Part shown: positions 1 to 13,000 of the stretch, piece by piece
Layout: the number at the start of each line of letters is the position of its first letter
How positions within the stretch are numbered: the first letter of the stretch is position 1
Source: Botryllus schlosseri
Taxonomy: Eukaryota
Assembly (NCBI GenBank): GCA_051294905.1
Contig: CM119371.1
Span: forward strand, 2,854,001-2,918,000
Direction: 5' to 3'
Length of the DNA stretch: 64,000 bases
Program-made: the position numbers and the translations under genes
Notes under the pieces: model-generated
What the model was told of the DNA's origin: nothing
The model's input: only the letters and a program-made list of their open reading frames with translations
Database searches by the model: none

Positions 1-390
1 TCATGCTTGATGTTCCCAGTGAAAACACGCTATCAATGCTTGAATATCTTGAAAGCAGCAAATTGTATGCACAGCATTTACTGTCACCTGCAATAAGGAA
101 TGTGCGGAAATGCCAGCATGCATACCAGATTAACACCCAATGATCATATAAACATTGAAGTTGTACACAAATATTTTTCGAACAGTTTGTCGTATGTGTT
201 CGATGACTTTTTCATACCTGCTTAAGTTGTTCACTCCCTTAATTCAGGACCCTCACCGAAGGGAAATATCTACTTGGGCCCATTTAATAGTTACCTAACC
301 AAGAGATCTATCGACTGACCGATCATTTTGAATGGATTACCATCTGTGAACTGCTGTATGGCAGATTATAAAAAAAATTACCTCATTACC
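1..390 (+). mobile_element. Decayed 3' end of a non-LTR retrotransposon (CR1/L2/Crack-like LINE ORF2 C-terminus)
   Basis: Manual translation across stops gives HKYFSNSLSYVFDDFFIPA*VVHSLNSGPSPKGNIYLGPFNSYLTKRSID*PIILNGLPS..YKK. This resembles the post-RT C-terminal region of CR1-group LINEs (K.F.N.LP..F..F.....H.YNTR.....Y......S..Y.G..IWN.LP). A repetitive 3'UTR-like tract follows, with AATAAA near 974. Confidence 0.65.
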
Positions 391-500
391 TCTTGTCACC
401 GTAATAACACTCTTGCCATACCTAATTACCTCTGATAGTCCTATTAACACTCTTGACCTACCTGATTACCTCTGATAGTCGTATTAACACTGTTGCCCTA
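381..500. repeat. 40-bp tandem repeat, 3 copies
   Basis: Unit cct(c/a/g)attacctct..a..c(c/g)ta(a/t)taacact.ttg...ta starts at 381, 421 and 461. Confidence 0.9.
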
Positions 501-907
501 CTTTGCCCAGACATTGCTTCATTCATTTATTCATTTGCTATCATTTAATTTTTCTTCATCTTTTCAGCTACAATTCGTTACAGACGGATGATGCAGAGAC
601 AATGTAGGCATATACTCGTTTTATGGGGTTTTTATCAGACCACTTGACTTCCAAGGCTGTATCGATCTCTCCTATCCGACACCAAATACTGGTATTTTTC
701 TCCTATTAACACTGTTGCCCTACTTCGCCTAGACATTGCTTCATTCATTCATTTGCTATCATTTAATTTTTCTTCATCTTTTCAACTACGATTTGTTACA
801 GTCAGATGATGCAGAGACAATGTAGGCATACTTGTTTCATGCGGGTTTTATCAGACCACTTGACTTCCATGGCTGTATCGATCTCTTCTATCCGACATCA
901 AATACTG
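482..907. repeat. Tandem duplication of about 210 bp (482-691 and 704-907)
   Basis: tattaacactgttgccctactt...gtatcgatctc..ctatccgaca.caaatactg occurs twice, 222 bp apart. Confidence 0.92.
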
Positions 908-3900
908 TGCATGCACATGTTTTCTGTATGATCATTGCTGCTGTCCATTTGTTCTGTATTTCTGTTGTATGAAAATAAAGACGCACAGTCTCTCTCAGTT
1001 GGTATTCCAATCATTACTGCACAGCAACATCAAGTATGAGTACTCGTAGTACAGCAGAGGTGACAATTCCGTCTTAGCTGTGCAAGTTCACGTACAATTG
1101 GTTAGGTCAATGGCGCTTGCATGAGTTCAGAAATAGGTGGAGACAGCAAGAATTTCAGCGAATCGTTCGTGTTCTGACTGCATCCGGTTATTTAACGATA
1201 GCACTTTGGAGCTCTTCGTATGGCGCAAACATTCCCTCGGAGCTCCAATTATGAGCTTACAAATCACTATCCTACTTGTTCTCACTACATTAAGCGTAGG
1301 TAAACATCTCTTGTAAAGGTAAAGGTGGGCGTCAAGTTCTGGTACTTTCAACACAGCTATTTGCAATTATTAGTATGGCGTAAACTTTCCCTCGGACCTA
1401 TAATTATGAGCATACAAATCAGTAACAGTAACCATTGAAATCAGTAACCAGAAGGGCGAATAAATAATGTACAAAACCGAAGCCTGTCAAAAACGCATAC
1501 AGTCTCCATAGTAACGGGCCTACGTCACACGGTGCCGGACGAATAGCCTGAGAAAATTATTCGTCCGGGTCCGGACGAGTAGCCACTGCCTTTTCTGAAT
1601 GGAAATCCATTTCTTGTCTGGCAGCTTCCTAAATACTCAAAAGTTATGTAGTATGGTGTTTTAAGCTGTTTGCAGGAATCTTAAATTGCAACTTTTCTTC
1701 AAGCAATTTTTACAGCTTTTCGATTTTTCATGCAACTCACTTTTTACTTGAAATATTTGGTAGGCCTACTACATGTAAATAGATCGCTTGATTATTTCAC
1801 TGTCGTTTGAATTTGAGGTCATTTCAGATTTGACGTACATTCAGGCTAGACCGCCGTAAATTATATTACCACTGGGTCAATTTTTTTAGGCCATTGATTG
1901 CGACAGTGCCTTGGATACGCATCGATTCGAGTATCTCATACCTTAATAATTTCAAGGAACTTATCCATAAATGTACCTTTTTAGTGTAACTTTGGTGAAA
2001 AATAAATGCAACTTTCCACGGATTTGACTGCAACCAAAATTTGCCCTAAGATCAGGTGTTGCATAAGACAATTTTGACCATTACATTCTTCAAATGGGCT
2101 ACCAGTTCAATATAAATATGACTCGGTAAACAGCATATTAAGTAAGGTGCACTCGTCAGTTGACAACCGTACATTTCATTACGGTAGCTACGATGAGTTT
2201 GGTATCACTCATTTAAATGTTATGTTGTAATTTGTAGCATCAGTATCTCCTAATTACCGTACCCTAGTCAAGTATCTGCTACAATGCTGCGAGTACATGC
2301 TAAATGTAAGTCAGGATCTCAGAAAAGGATGTGGTTCAGATTCAGAAAGAAATGACAATGCAAATTTTGAACTGCTACACAAATATTTTAACCATCAATG
2401 TCAGCTCAGGAATGTTCTGCACAAATTGAGGATGATGCTGTTTTTGCAACAACTATAATGCCTTATGACTTAAATGATGTAACAGTGCTTTCAAATACGT
2501 ATAGCCTATGGTATTTGATTGTAGTGGTCTTTTGTCTATGCTATTTGTGGCATTTTAGGTTTAATTCAACCAGGCAAGTTCTTACAGACAAAAAGATTTT
2601 CTCTATAACTTACAAATTTCTCATTAGTGCGCGTTGTTTCGTGTGTGTAACTGTTTATTTACAAATTGCGCTGCTACTACAGTACCGTATGTCCGTATAC
2701 TTCAAAGTTTGTTGTTGTTGCCATTGTTACAATGTGAATGTCATGGTTTGTGATTTTGATTGTTGCATCATACTTTGCCTTTTAAATCTGTTTAAATCCC
2801 TTTGGTGTGCCGTTAACTCTTGAAAAGTGGCACCCGAAAATTCTTCGAGTGCAAAAATATTATATTACAATGGATGTTGTATTGAAAGCTACATTCTTAC
2901 TGATCGTGGAACTAGCTCTTCACAGGTTATAGGCTACCAGTGCTGATGTGTTCCTGTGGTATTACTGGTGTTGTACCACGTTGCCGCACATTTTGCTCTA
3001 TGCCTAATCATGCAACAAAATCTTCTAGGTAGAAAAAAGATGGGCCCAATCCACAATCCAGCACCTGGCTGAAACCTTGACGTGGTGTGCTGGCTTATTG
3101 CTAATGTCAGCCGACAGCTTTCTGGATTTATTTTTACATGTCCAATTTGGCGTGCAGTTGCCTTGGTATACTATTATGTCATGCTACATCCCATAATTCT
3201 TCTAAATAGGTGGGTCTCGACACGCGCTATAGTTCACTTGAGTCACTTGTTTTCAAATATGACAAGTAGTACTTTGGCATGGCATTATAATTATTTTATA
3301 TGGTTAAAGTTTTATCATGATGTACAGGCAATGTACTACCGGAGCAGTGCATACGAGGTGTACAACAATAAAAGCTTCGTTCAGCGTTAGTAAGGGGGGT
3401 CCCCAGAAGTTGCGATAATGTAGATAAGGGGGCCCCCACGGAAGTTTCGCCTAGGGCCCCCCCAATCGTAAGGCCACCACTGAGTGTTACCATATAGCTT
3501 TCATATGACAAAGTTAATGAAAATTTGAAAGTTGACAAAAAGAGAAGGATACTCCTGTGATTTCCATGAGCAATGACCTCAAACTTGAATTACATGCTGG
3601 TTACGGACACAAATACCACTAATAACTTAAAAGATATGTCTTTGATATATGTTCATTCACGGGTCTCCATCGAGTTCCGCGCCTCAATTAGGCTTCAGTT
3701 TTTTTTTTGGATGTGGCAGTTACGTCTTGCATACCACTACTCGAAGTGCTATACTGTGACGCAAGCTAAACTCTTTTTAGAGAGAGTGTCGTAAGTTCCA
3801 AAAGGTTGAGAACTATACTGATATGAAAGTACAGTTGTTAAATTTATTCGAACCAGTCGTTGTCCTCAATTAGGCTACTCGTCTGCGAATTCTTATAAAT

Positions 3901-6074
3901 TTCTGCTATTGGCATATTCTCGATTTAGGGCCACATCAGTATGACGAGCCGGATATCGGCGTCAATACATGTAACCTAAAAAAACTGCGATGTTTCATCC
4001 CAATCTAATGCTGGCTTGATAGTTTAAGCTTTCTTTCTCTATCGCTCTCTTCTGATCCACCTCACTATTCCGCAAAAACATTTCTGTTGCTACCTGGCTG
4101 TTATTGAAAAAAGCTACTGACCCAGGCGGCAGACTAGTCTCCTTAAGTGCAACAGCTACAGCATTTCCATAGTATATATCCCAAGGTAAGTGGGGGAACG
4201 GGGGGATTTCACTGTTGTTGTTGTGGTCGTCGTCACGGTAGCTCGAGTTATTGCATTATGACGTAGCCCTCTTCACAGAGAGTTTAACCTTAGGTCACGG
4301 GAAAGTGATGCGGCGACCATTCATTGCGTATAAATAATAAATATAGTGATTGTGGTATGGAATGACGACTGAATTCAAATCCCCGATTCGTATTCATCCG
4401 CGACAGAGTTTGCTGTTGAGATGAAAATGATTAGGATTAGGATTTGGGAAAACAGGATTTGAGAAATTATGGTGGATTAGGATTCTGATTGGATTTACCG
4501 ATTATCGGAATAACAGTAAAACGTCCCTCTCTGTTGGTGGCAGAAAGGGTCGCTGTGAAGTTTAGTTTATGATCATGTTGGGGCCAAACATGGGGTGATT
4601 AGTTCATGAATGTAATCGATTGCGATTACGATTACTTCTGAATCTCGCGTTTACGATTACGATACAACAAAAGCTCGCAGTAATCAATTACAGTTACGAT
4701 TACATTGGAAAAGTAATCACAATTACTCGCGATTACATTTAGTTTCCGTATTAGAATTTATCTTTGCACACATATTGAAGACAATATCACGATTGCGATG
4801 AAGGGTCTCATGTGAGAACAACATTCTATTTAAATGAGACATCTTTACATCACTTGCTGTTTACGTCATAATATATCCATTGCTCGACTATATAGCTGAC
4901 TATTTCACGCACCCAACGATTTGCATTCTGGTCGGAGCCGTAACCAAAACTGCCAATAGGTTGGGGAGAAAGCTCGAAGAGGACACAGAGGTTTTTCCTA
5001 AATCAACACACATAATTAATAGAGTGTTCTCGAAAGATTGATTGTCGCTGAATATCTTGATTTTGAAATGAATACTTCTCGGCCTCAAGAGAAAATATTC
5101 ATAATTTTTCGAAATAGGCATTTCGGTGCCGGCCATTACCGTGCCACGACACATCCAAGATATATGCAGTTTCGGTCAACATGTGACTTCACGAAGTGTG
5201 CTAGAAAAAAAGCCATTGGCTGAGGCTTTGTGCATGTATCCATTGTCCATACCCGCGCTGGATGGGCGTGAAGAATCTTGTCTTGCTACTAATCAGTAAG
5301 GGCGATTTTTTGACATGTCAAAAAAGTCAAAATTAGGTCAAAATTGTAGCGTTTGGTCAAAAAATGTCAAAATTGTTGTCAAAAACAAAAAAAATTTGCA
5401 ACCTGCATTTCGTTTGTGTCGTAGATTTTGCACTGTCTATGAACTTATCATTTTACATTTTACAGCTTGTAGCCCACTTCATAGGCCTACCGTTGTAGAC
5501 GGCCCGTTGACTGCTCATTGTGAATTATGAACATTCAAATTAAACGTGGTTGACGTGCTGTTATGCTTAACGTACCGTAATATCCTAAGTGAAGCAAGAC
5601 TCCATAGGCATTGCATGGTTTTTATATCAAGAAGCGTATTGTGAAAAGTTGTGATGTCCACGATTGTCAGAATGAAGCAACACGGTGTGCTACCAGCAGT
5701 GTACGCACAACATCGGCGTTGTCAGCCAACAGCTGCTACAGTTAAACATTCTATCTCCATTCTTGGCAAGCTACTCATTAAGGACAGACACTTTCTACCC
5801 GAGAATGAGGGAAAGTATCTTCGTTGTACTCCAACAAATTCTAATTATTTCTACCATATTACGTAATGTAACCACTGGAATTCTTTATAGGGCCAGATTT
5901 CATTCAAATAAAAATAAATTTAATGTAAAAAATTTGTCACATATTGAGTCAAAAAGTTTTTTGAGGGCAAACTACTTCGTAAGGACAGCCAGTTCGAAGC
6001 AGAAATGATGATAAGTAGTACAATTCTAAACACCTAATTAGCATACGTTACGTCAAAATTTGGTTTATATAGGT

Positions 6075-7226
6075 CAGTGGTTCCCAACCTTTTTCCATAT
6101 CCGCGTACCACTTCGAGGTTTTTTGCAGTGCTCGCGTACCACCTACATAATGTACGCACGACGTAGGCGGTAAAAATGTTTTCACCATTTATGACGTCAA
6201 AATCACGTAATTGGCCTATGCGGGGTGTAGGGCGATTTTTACCTAAAAATTGGAGGATTTTGACCAAATTTTGACTTCACGAACGCAAATTAGGTGTTTT
6301 CGGACATAATGTTGAAATTGTACTACTTATATTAAATTTTGGTAAGGACTGTCTGTCCTTACGAAGTAGTATGGCCCGAAAAAGCCTTTTTGACTTGAAA
6401 ACTGACAAATTTTGACATGAAAATACTTTTACTTTTAACGATATCTGGCCCAGTAGTTACACCACGTATTATGGAGGAGTTAATTAAAATTTGTTGTAGT
6501 ACAACGAAAGATACTTTCTTGCATTCTCGGGTGGATATTGTGTGTCCTTATAAGTAGCTTGCCAAGAATGGAGAAATAGCCATAAGTAGCTTGCCAAGAA
6601 TGGAGAAATAGCCTACCGTTTAACAGCAGTAGTTGTTGGTTGACAACACTGAAACTGTGCGTACACTGCTGGTGACCCACCATGGTGCTTCATTCTGACA
6701 ATGTTGTCATACTCATACATCACAATTATTCATCATGCGCGCATCATGCTTCAGTTAGGATATTACGGTACGTTGAAAATAACACCATGTCAAATGTCAA
6801 CCCATTTGTTTCGTTTGAGAATTTATGATCCACGACGAGCATACAATGGGCTGCCGACAACGGTAGGCCTATAAAGTAGGCTTCAAGCTTTAAAATATCA
6901 AATCTACGATACAAACGAAATGGAGGGGTCAAAAATCTTTTGACTTAGTAAACAATTTTGACAATTTTTTGACTTAACGCTCAATTTTATAAAAAAATAG
7001 CCCTACTAATACCAAATTCTATTAAACTATGCATTATCAGCCCGGGTTGATGATATGCATGGAATTGTTTTTTCACCACTAGACAAAAAACTTCCAAAAA
7101 TTTAAAATCAAACCCACCTGAACTAATAACTATCTTCGGTCGAAAAAAACAGAATCTACTCGCGTACCACCTGGAAGACCTTCGCGTACCACTAGTGGTA
7201 CGCGTACCACAGGTTGGGAACCACTG
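6075..7226. mobile_element. hAT (Charlie/Buster-type) MITE
   Basis: TIR cagtggttcccaacct / aggttgggaaccactg; perfect 8-bp TSD ATATAGGT; repeated CGCGTACCAC subterminal motifs. Confidence 0.93.
6228..7005 (-). mobile_element. MITE family with TAGGGCGATTTTT termini (copy 2, inverted, innermost)
   Basis: Ends tagggcgatttttt and aaaaaaatagcccta; body is the reverse complement of 5300-6060. Confidence 0.85.
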
Positions 7227-7521
7227 ATATAGGTAAACAAATGTCAAAATTTATATTTTTAGGTAAAAAAAATCGTCCTGCTAATAAGCTTCCCACTCTG
7301 TAAATGACACATGAGCCGTCCACAGAGGAAAATGATGCGCCCCGTGAAAAAATGACAATTTGTGCGTGCTTCTCAAAAATTATTTCTTTTACTTTTCCTG
7401 TAGGTTACTACGTTTGGGTGGCGTGATTAAGAAGCAATCGTAATCGCAATCGATTACATTCATGACGTAATCACGCCATGTCTGACAGGCTGTAATACAA
7501 AGTTTCTGGTAAAACACTCAC

Positions 7522-7671
7522 GTTGGTCTGTTGGAATTGCTTCAATTCCAGAATTCATGGTGTAGTTGTTGGTGATCTTGTTCACAGTAATCTGATCTCT
7601 CGCCACAACGTTAACCGAGCTGCTTTTGATCCGTTGATTGACGTTTTCGCCTACTGCCAAACTTGCTGATT
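7522..7671 (-). CDS. Candidate internal coding exon (150 bp, phase 1-1) of an unidentified gene
   Basis: Minus-strand acceptor ...gcgtctcag and donor gtgagtgt. Open frame SASLAVGENVNQRIKSSSVNVVARDQITVNKITNNYTMNSGIEAIPTDQ; length divisible by 3. No partner exons found. Confidence 0.5.
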
Positions 7672-8596
7672 CTGAGACGCGCGAGAATATTGTAATAGTT
7701 CCGATGCATACTCAGTTGTAAGCATTTGCAAATCAAATTGCGATCATGGAAATTTCCCAGAATGTCTTACTAGTACTAGATTATGCAGTGCGCTAATAAT
7801 ATTATATTTCAATGACTTTAACATGATTTTATATGGATAATACTGAGGAAATCAATAGGAACTCAAATATTCAAGTATATTCACTTACTGCTTTCCCCGG
7901 CTAATAATGATGAAGGCAAATCTGGGTCACCATAATTTCGGTCTTCACCCCCTTCCGCCATGATAACAATCACGTAATGTTAAATAGTTGCTGTATTAGA
8001 CAATAATGAAAATGCAAGGAGTGTCATTTAACAGCCTAAAATATTTGAGAAATGTATTTGAATAGCGCGTCGAGAATAAAGGATTCAATTCGAGTACTCT
8101 GATTCAGGAGCTGTGAACATCCAAAATTTGGAACATACAATAACCACGTGAACAAATAGGATTGGTGTAACAAAATACACCAATTATGCTCGAGGCGCTC
8201 AGCTTCATTTCTGGCCGTTTCAAGACGTGATACAGTTGATAAAAGAAATTTATCCCACAAACATAAATTCACAGTTTATCATCACCCACGAAAGCTCAGC
8301 CGCCTAGCGTGCCCAATACTCCATCACATGACGTCTAACGAGACAACCCAACGGAACACAGTTTAGACTCACTTTTTCAGCTTCACATCACAAAAAAATG
8401 CAAAACTTGTACGAGACGGACTTTCAGCATTCCCGTGGCCACTTACTGGTCACGGATAATTTCGTGGCCGGCCACAGATATTCCGTGGCCGTCCATGAAA
8501 AGTGCTATTCTGTGGCCGGCCATGGTGATTTTCATGGCCGGCCATGAAATTTCGGTATGGCCGGCCATGAAATTTCCGTGGCCGGCCATGTCAAAC

Positions 8597-10017
8597 CATA
8601 GTGTCCTATATGGTGTCGACACAAGCAAATCTCACGGTTTAATGAAATTGTATCACGTCACAATTTCCATTTGGCTACAGGCAATTTGACGGTTATTTTT
8701 GACCGGCTTGCCGAGCAATAAATTTGATGAATCGGGTATCAATCGAAAGCTAACTTTGCACTGATTACGAAAATATAAATTTTATTCCACTCATGGCCCT
8801 GGAACCCCCACAATCAGCCCTAAATTATTCATTGTTGAGTAGATTGGCAGTGTGACGCAACAATGCTGTCTGGCGAAACGAGAGAGAAACTCAAGAGGAA
8901 GGATGCGGCCGAGCGGCGAGAGTGGGATCAGCTGACGTCTCGGAAATAGCTATGTGCATTGTGCAATTATAGATAACCAACCTAGCTATACTTAGACGGA
9001 AGGATCTCTATAAGTTGAAGGATATTGCAGGAAAATTCGTAGGTCCCAAATACATTCTGCGGATCCAGTTCTACCTTTAGAAATCAAGGAAAGGCTGGTA
9101 ATGTGTGCTCGCTTTCAGCGAAGCGCCTATAGAAAGTATCAACAGCGCCACGCATCTCTGGAGCCCTACGCAACAAGCGGGCTAAGGTAATCGATATCAT
9201 AATAATCTGACATATCCAATGTAGACTACTTAGACGTAGCCTACATATCTCTATCAGCTGAAGGATATTGTGCGAAAATTGGTAGGGCCCTAATACATTC
9301 TGTGGATCCAGTTCTACCTTTACAAATCAAGGAAAGGCTGGTGATGTGTGCTCGCTTTTAGCCAAGCGCCTATAGAAAGTATCAACAGCGCCACGCGTCT
9401 CTGGAGCCCTACGCAACTAGCGGGCTAAGGCAATCGATATCATAATAATGTGACATATCCAATGTAGACAATTTAGACGTAGCCTAAATATCTCTATCAG
9501 TTGAAGGATAATGCGCGAAAATTGGTAGGGCCCTAATACATTCCGTGGACCCAGTTCTACCCTTAAAAGTCAAGGAAAGGCTGATAAGGCGTGCTCGCTT
9601 GTACCGAAGCAAATAGAAAAAGTATCAACAGCGCAGCGTTTCTCTGCGACGCGATTGCACATAGCTATTGCCGCGACGTCAGCTGATCCCACTCTCGCCG
9701 CTCGGCCGCATCCTTGCTCTTGAGTTTCTCTCTCGTTTCGCCAGACAGCATTGTTGCGTCACACTGCCAATCTACTCAACAATGAATAATTTGGGGCTGA
9801 TTGTGGGGGTTCCAGGGCCATGAGTGGAATAAAATTTATATTTTCGTAATCAGTGCAGAGTCAGCTTTCGATTGATACCCGATTCATCAAATTTATTGCC
9901 CGGCAAGCCGGTCAAAGATAACCGTCAAATTGCCTGTAGCCAAATGGAAATTGTGACGTGATACAATTTCATTGAACCGTGAGATTTGCTTGTGTCGACA
10001 CCATATAGGACACTATG
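8597..10017. mobile_element. Young foldback element, P-superfamily/Galileo-like, non-autonomous
   Basis: Near-identical TIRs of about 365 bp (8597-8960 / 9653-10017) with CATAG...CTATG termini. Perfect 7-bp TSD GTCAAAC (8590-8596, 10018-10024). The core is a tandem repeat. Confidence 0.88.
8990..9650. repeat. 243-bp tandem repeat, about 2.7 copies, in the foldback core
   Basis: Anchor gga(t/c)ccagttctacc at 9061, 9304 and 9547. Confidence 0.92.
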
Positions 10018-13000
10018 GTCAAACTCATTCTCATGGCCGGCCATGACTAAATTTCATGGCCGGCTGCAATATATCAAGTTAGTATTGATGATAAGTACTG
10101 TACGTGGCCCAATCGTGGTCAAATGCATGATCAATTATGTTCTATTATGGGCGTACAGTAAATAGAACTAGGTGAGAGCGAGAGTTTAGCTCAGTTTATA
10201 TGCATTTTCTCCCGAAATACCGGACGAATAGCGATAAAATGAAACGATAGGAAGAAGATGAAACGATCTGTAATTGTCTCTATATATCAATTAAAAACAC
10301 ACAAAATGATGTAAAGAATGCATTAAAAAGGGGGATATCCGCTAAATGAAACAGGAAATAATGGTATAGAAAGCTAGAAGCGATGAAGACATTATCAAAA
10401 CTGGTAACTGGTAAGTGTTGATTTGTATCTTTTTTTTTATAGAAATAGACCTAAATATTCGGCTGACACTCGTCACAGCTAATCGTATGCAACTGCATAG
10501 ACTTGAAAAAACAATGTATACCAGATATCTGTCAGAAAATCCCTATAAGTTCCCCAAAAGCTGTGAAATTCACATGTCATTCTGTGGCCGGCCACAGAAC
10601 AGCTCGGAGCTCGCTGTGGCCGGTGCTTCCCCCATTCTGATATTAATTTTCAACCGTAAGATGTGCAATGTGCATTGTGCTGTTGCAATCGATTGTAGAG
10701 TTAGTTTTATTTTGTAATTATGAAAACCTACTATTAAACAATGTGATGATGATAATGTCCTTCATATTTCAACTATGTTTATCGTTTATGATGAGTCTGC
10801 GATGCGAATAAGTGATACATATATATCTGATCATGTAGTTTAAGGATGTAGGGCAGGGGCAGTTTAAAATCTTTCGTGGATTGCCCTGATGAGTTTATGA
10901 ATAATACAATACTGTACTGGAAATTTGTCTTACTTCACTGCAGATTTTTTCGATTTACGCTTAAGTAGATTCGACTATATAGGCTACCTCCTTGAATATA
11001 ATCTATGTTTCATCGAGATACTGGATCGGTCAATATGCGGTCATTTAACCTCTTTTCTAGTTTTAAATACTAAATACCGTAATCAAAGTACCCGAAAGAA
11101 ACAATTAGGGAATCAAAGAACCAAGAATATGTGGAAAATACTCTTTCAACTTCCAGAAAAGCTGTGAAATCCACATAACATTCTGTGGCCGGCCACAGAG
11201 CAGCTCTGTCGCAGCTCGCTGTGGCCGGTGCTTCCCCCGATCTGATATGTCTTTCCATCGGTATAGAGGACATGTAGTTGCAAACAATTCCATAGTTTGT
11301 TATTCTTCGTATAGCTGAATAGCTGTGAATTGGATAATGCCAGGCTGATACAATTCTTCCTTTCTGTATCAGGTCTATGATGAGTCCGCGATATACGGTT
11401 ATACACATATTTGATTATCGTACTGCTATACAATACATACGACGTTCAAGATCCTCAACATCAATGGAGCTTGCACTCATTTGCACGATGAGAATTGTGT
11501 CGATGAATCTATGAATATGTCTATGCTGTAGCGGCACTTGAACTTGACACACTGCAGATGTGCTGTAGATGTATGAATAAAGGCAATGATGTAACCTAAC
11601 CTAACTGTAATATTGGTAAAATGTGGGGCTTTGTTCCCACAAATTTGATTTTGGTCACGTTTCCGATCCTATATAATTTGTATGTATATCCACCTAGGTG
11701 CCGTTCTTCCAGGTTGAAACAAATAATGTACGAATGAGATGCATGTCGCAGTCACTACCGATGCCATGTAAGCCAGAGGATACTTGATTACTTGGGTGCA
11801 AGGATCGTTTTGTATCGCAAGTCGTTGTTAGATCAAGCTGCTAACCGATGTGGTGGGCATAGGACGTAAATGTGCCTGCTATATAATTAAATTACTGTTA
11901 CAATAATAGATAACTCCAGATACTTTGCGTCATCTTATGCAGCACTATCGATCGATGCGACATCAAATGCAGCGCCATCGATCGATGAAAAATGCCTATG
12001 CCAAGCCTGCGAATTGGCCAATAGGCATGATATTTGTGGTTGATGCAGAGAACAATGGAATGTTCCCCAATCAATGTTCAGGGAACAATCTTGATGACAC
12101 AGAAGTCCCAATCGTTCATTATAATTCAACATTTGAATGCAGTGCAAATACTTATAGCCGTGTAAAGTGCATCTGATCTCTCGTGCCCCTGGGTGTTTTC
12201 TGTGAAAAGCATGTATTGGACATATTGCATTCATGCAACTACTTGTATATGAATTGTGAATGATTGTAATCATATCTTCAATTGCTTCAGATTTTGTGAA
12301 ATTGGTAACGGAATAAACAAACTTTTTGTAGCAAAATATTCCGGTTTCTTTATGTAGAAAAGGAAAGGGGGCAGGGAGTCAGGTTATCTACGTTTGCGTC
12401 ACTAATGGGCTTGGGCGATAGAGATGCGAAGAAACTGCAAGGCTATCGAGTCTGTACCACGGTTTTATCTTTCCACACAATCCCATTGCGTTGATCGCCT
12501 GGCGTGGAAGCTGTGTGGACACCAGTTTTAATGTAAAGACGTTTGTCTGACCGAGCAATAAAATGTACGCTCATACATTACTCTATCAAATATTTATCTA
12601 GATTCTAGGAAGTTCAAGGAACGTATGTTTCGGTGTTAGTTTACAACGCACCGCCTCAAAGTACTTTTTCAATAGTAAGTGGGAATTGAATTCATTTATA
12701 CAGAAGGTAAACGCGTGTAAAGCTGTGCAAATTTTGAACCCATCCCTAAACTACTCAATAAAGTGGTAATGTAACTTAGGTACGTGCGATGATAGTGGAA
12801 GTCGTCTATACAAACCTTGCCGCCAGCAAGTTCGTTGCAAATGAAGAAGATCTAATTGACTATTGCCAAATTGGATGCAAAGGGCCGATTTTGATCCAAC
12901 TAGATATGCGAAAATCACGAACTGGCCATGAACTCGTGGCCGGCCACAATGAATTCTTATGGCCGGCCATGAAATTTACTGTGGCCGGCCACGAGACAAC

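Larger units (their letters stand above)
5297..7280 (+). mobile_element. MITE family with TAGGGCGATTTTT termini (copy 1), interrupted by 6075-7226
   Basis: Ends are t(a)agggcgatttttt and aaaaaaatcgtcctg. Flanks ctaatcag/ctaataag (7 of 8 match). Body is alignable to 6228-7005 (inverted) and 50180-50860. Confidence 0.8.
4585..7484. mobile_element. Non-autonomous TIR element with GATTAC subterminal repeats; host to nested insertions
   Basis: Left end caaacatggggtgattagttcatgaatgtaatcgattgcgattacgattacttc is the reverse complement of right end gaagcaatcgtaatcgcaatcgattacattcatgacgtaatcacgccatgtctg (about 50 bp). No clear TSD. Confidence 0.8.

Noticed and set aside
2398..3390. 141-aa and 102-aa hydrophobic ORFs
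   Set aside because: Low-complexity translations of T-rich DNA with no motif or splice support.
8990..9650. 243-bp repeats as a 5S rRNA/snRNA/tRNA array
   Set aside because: I recognise no structural RNA motif; the units sit inside a foldback transposon.
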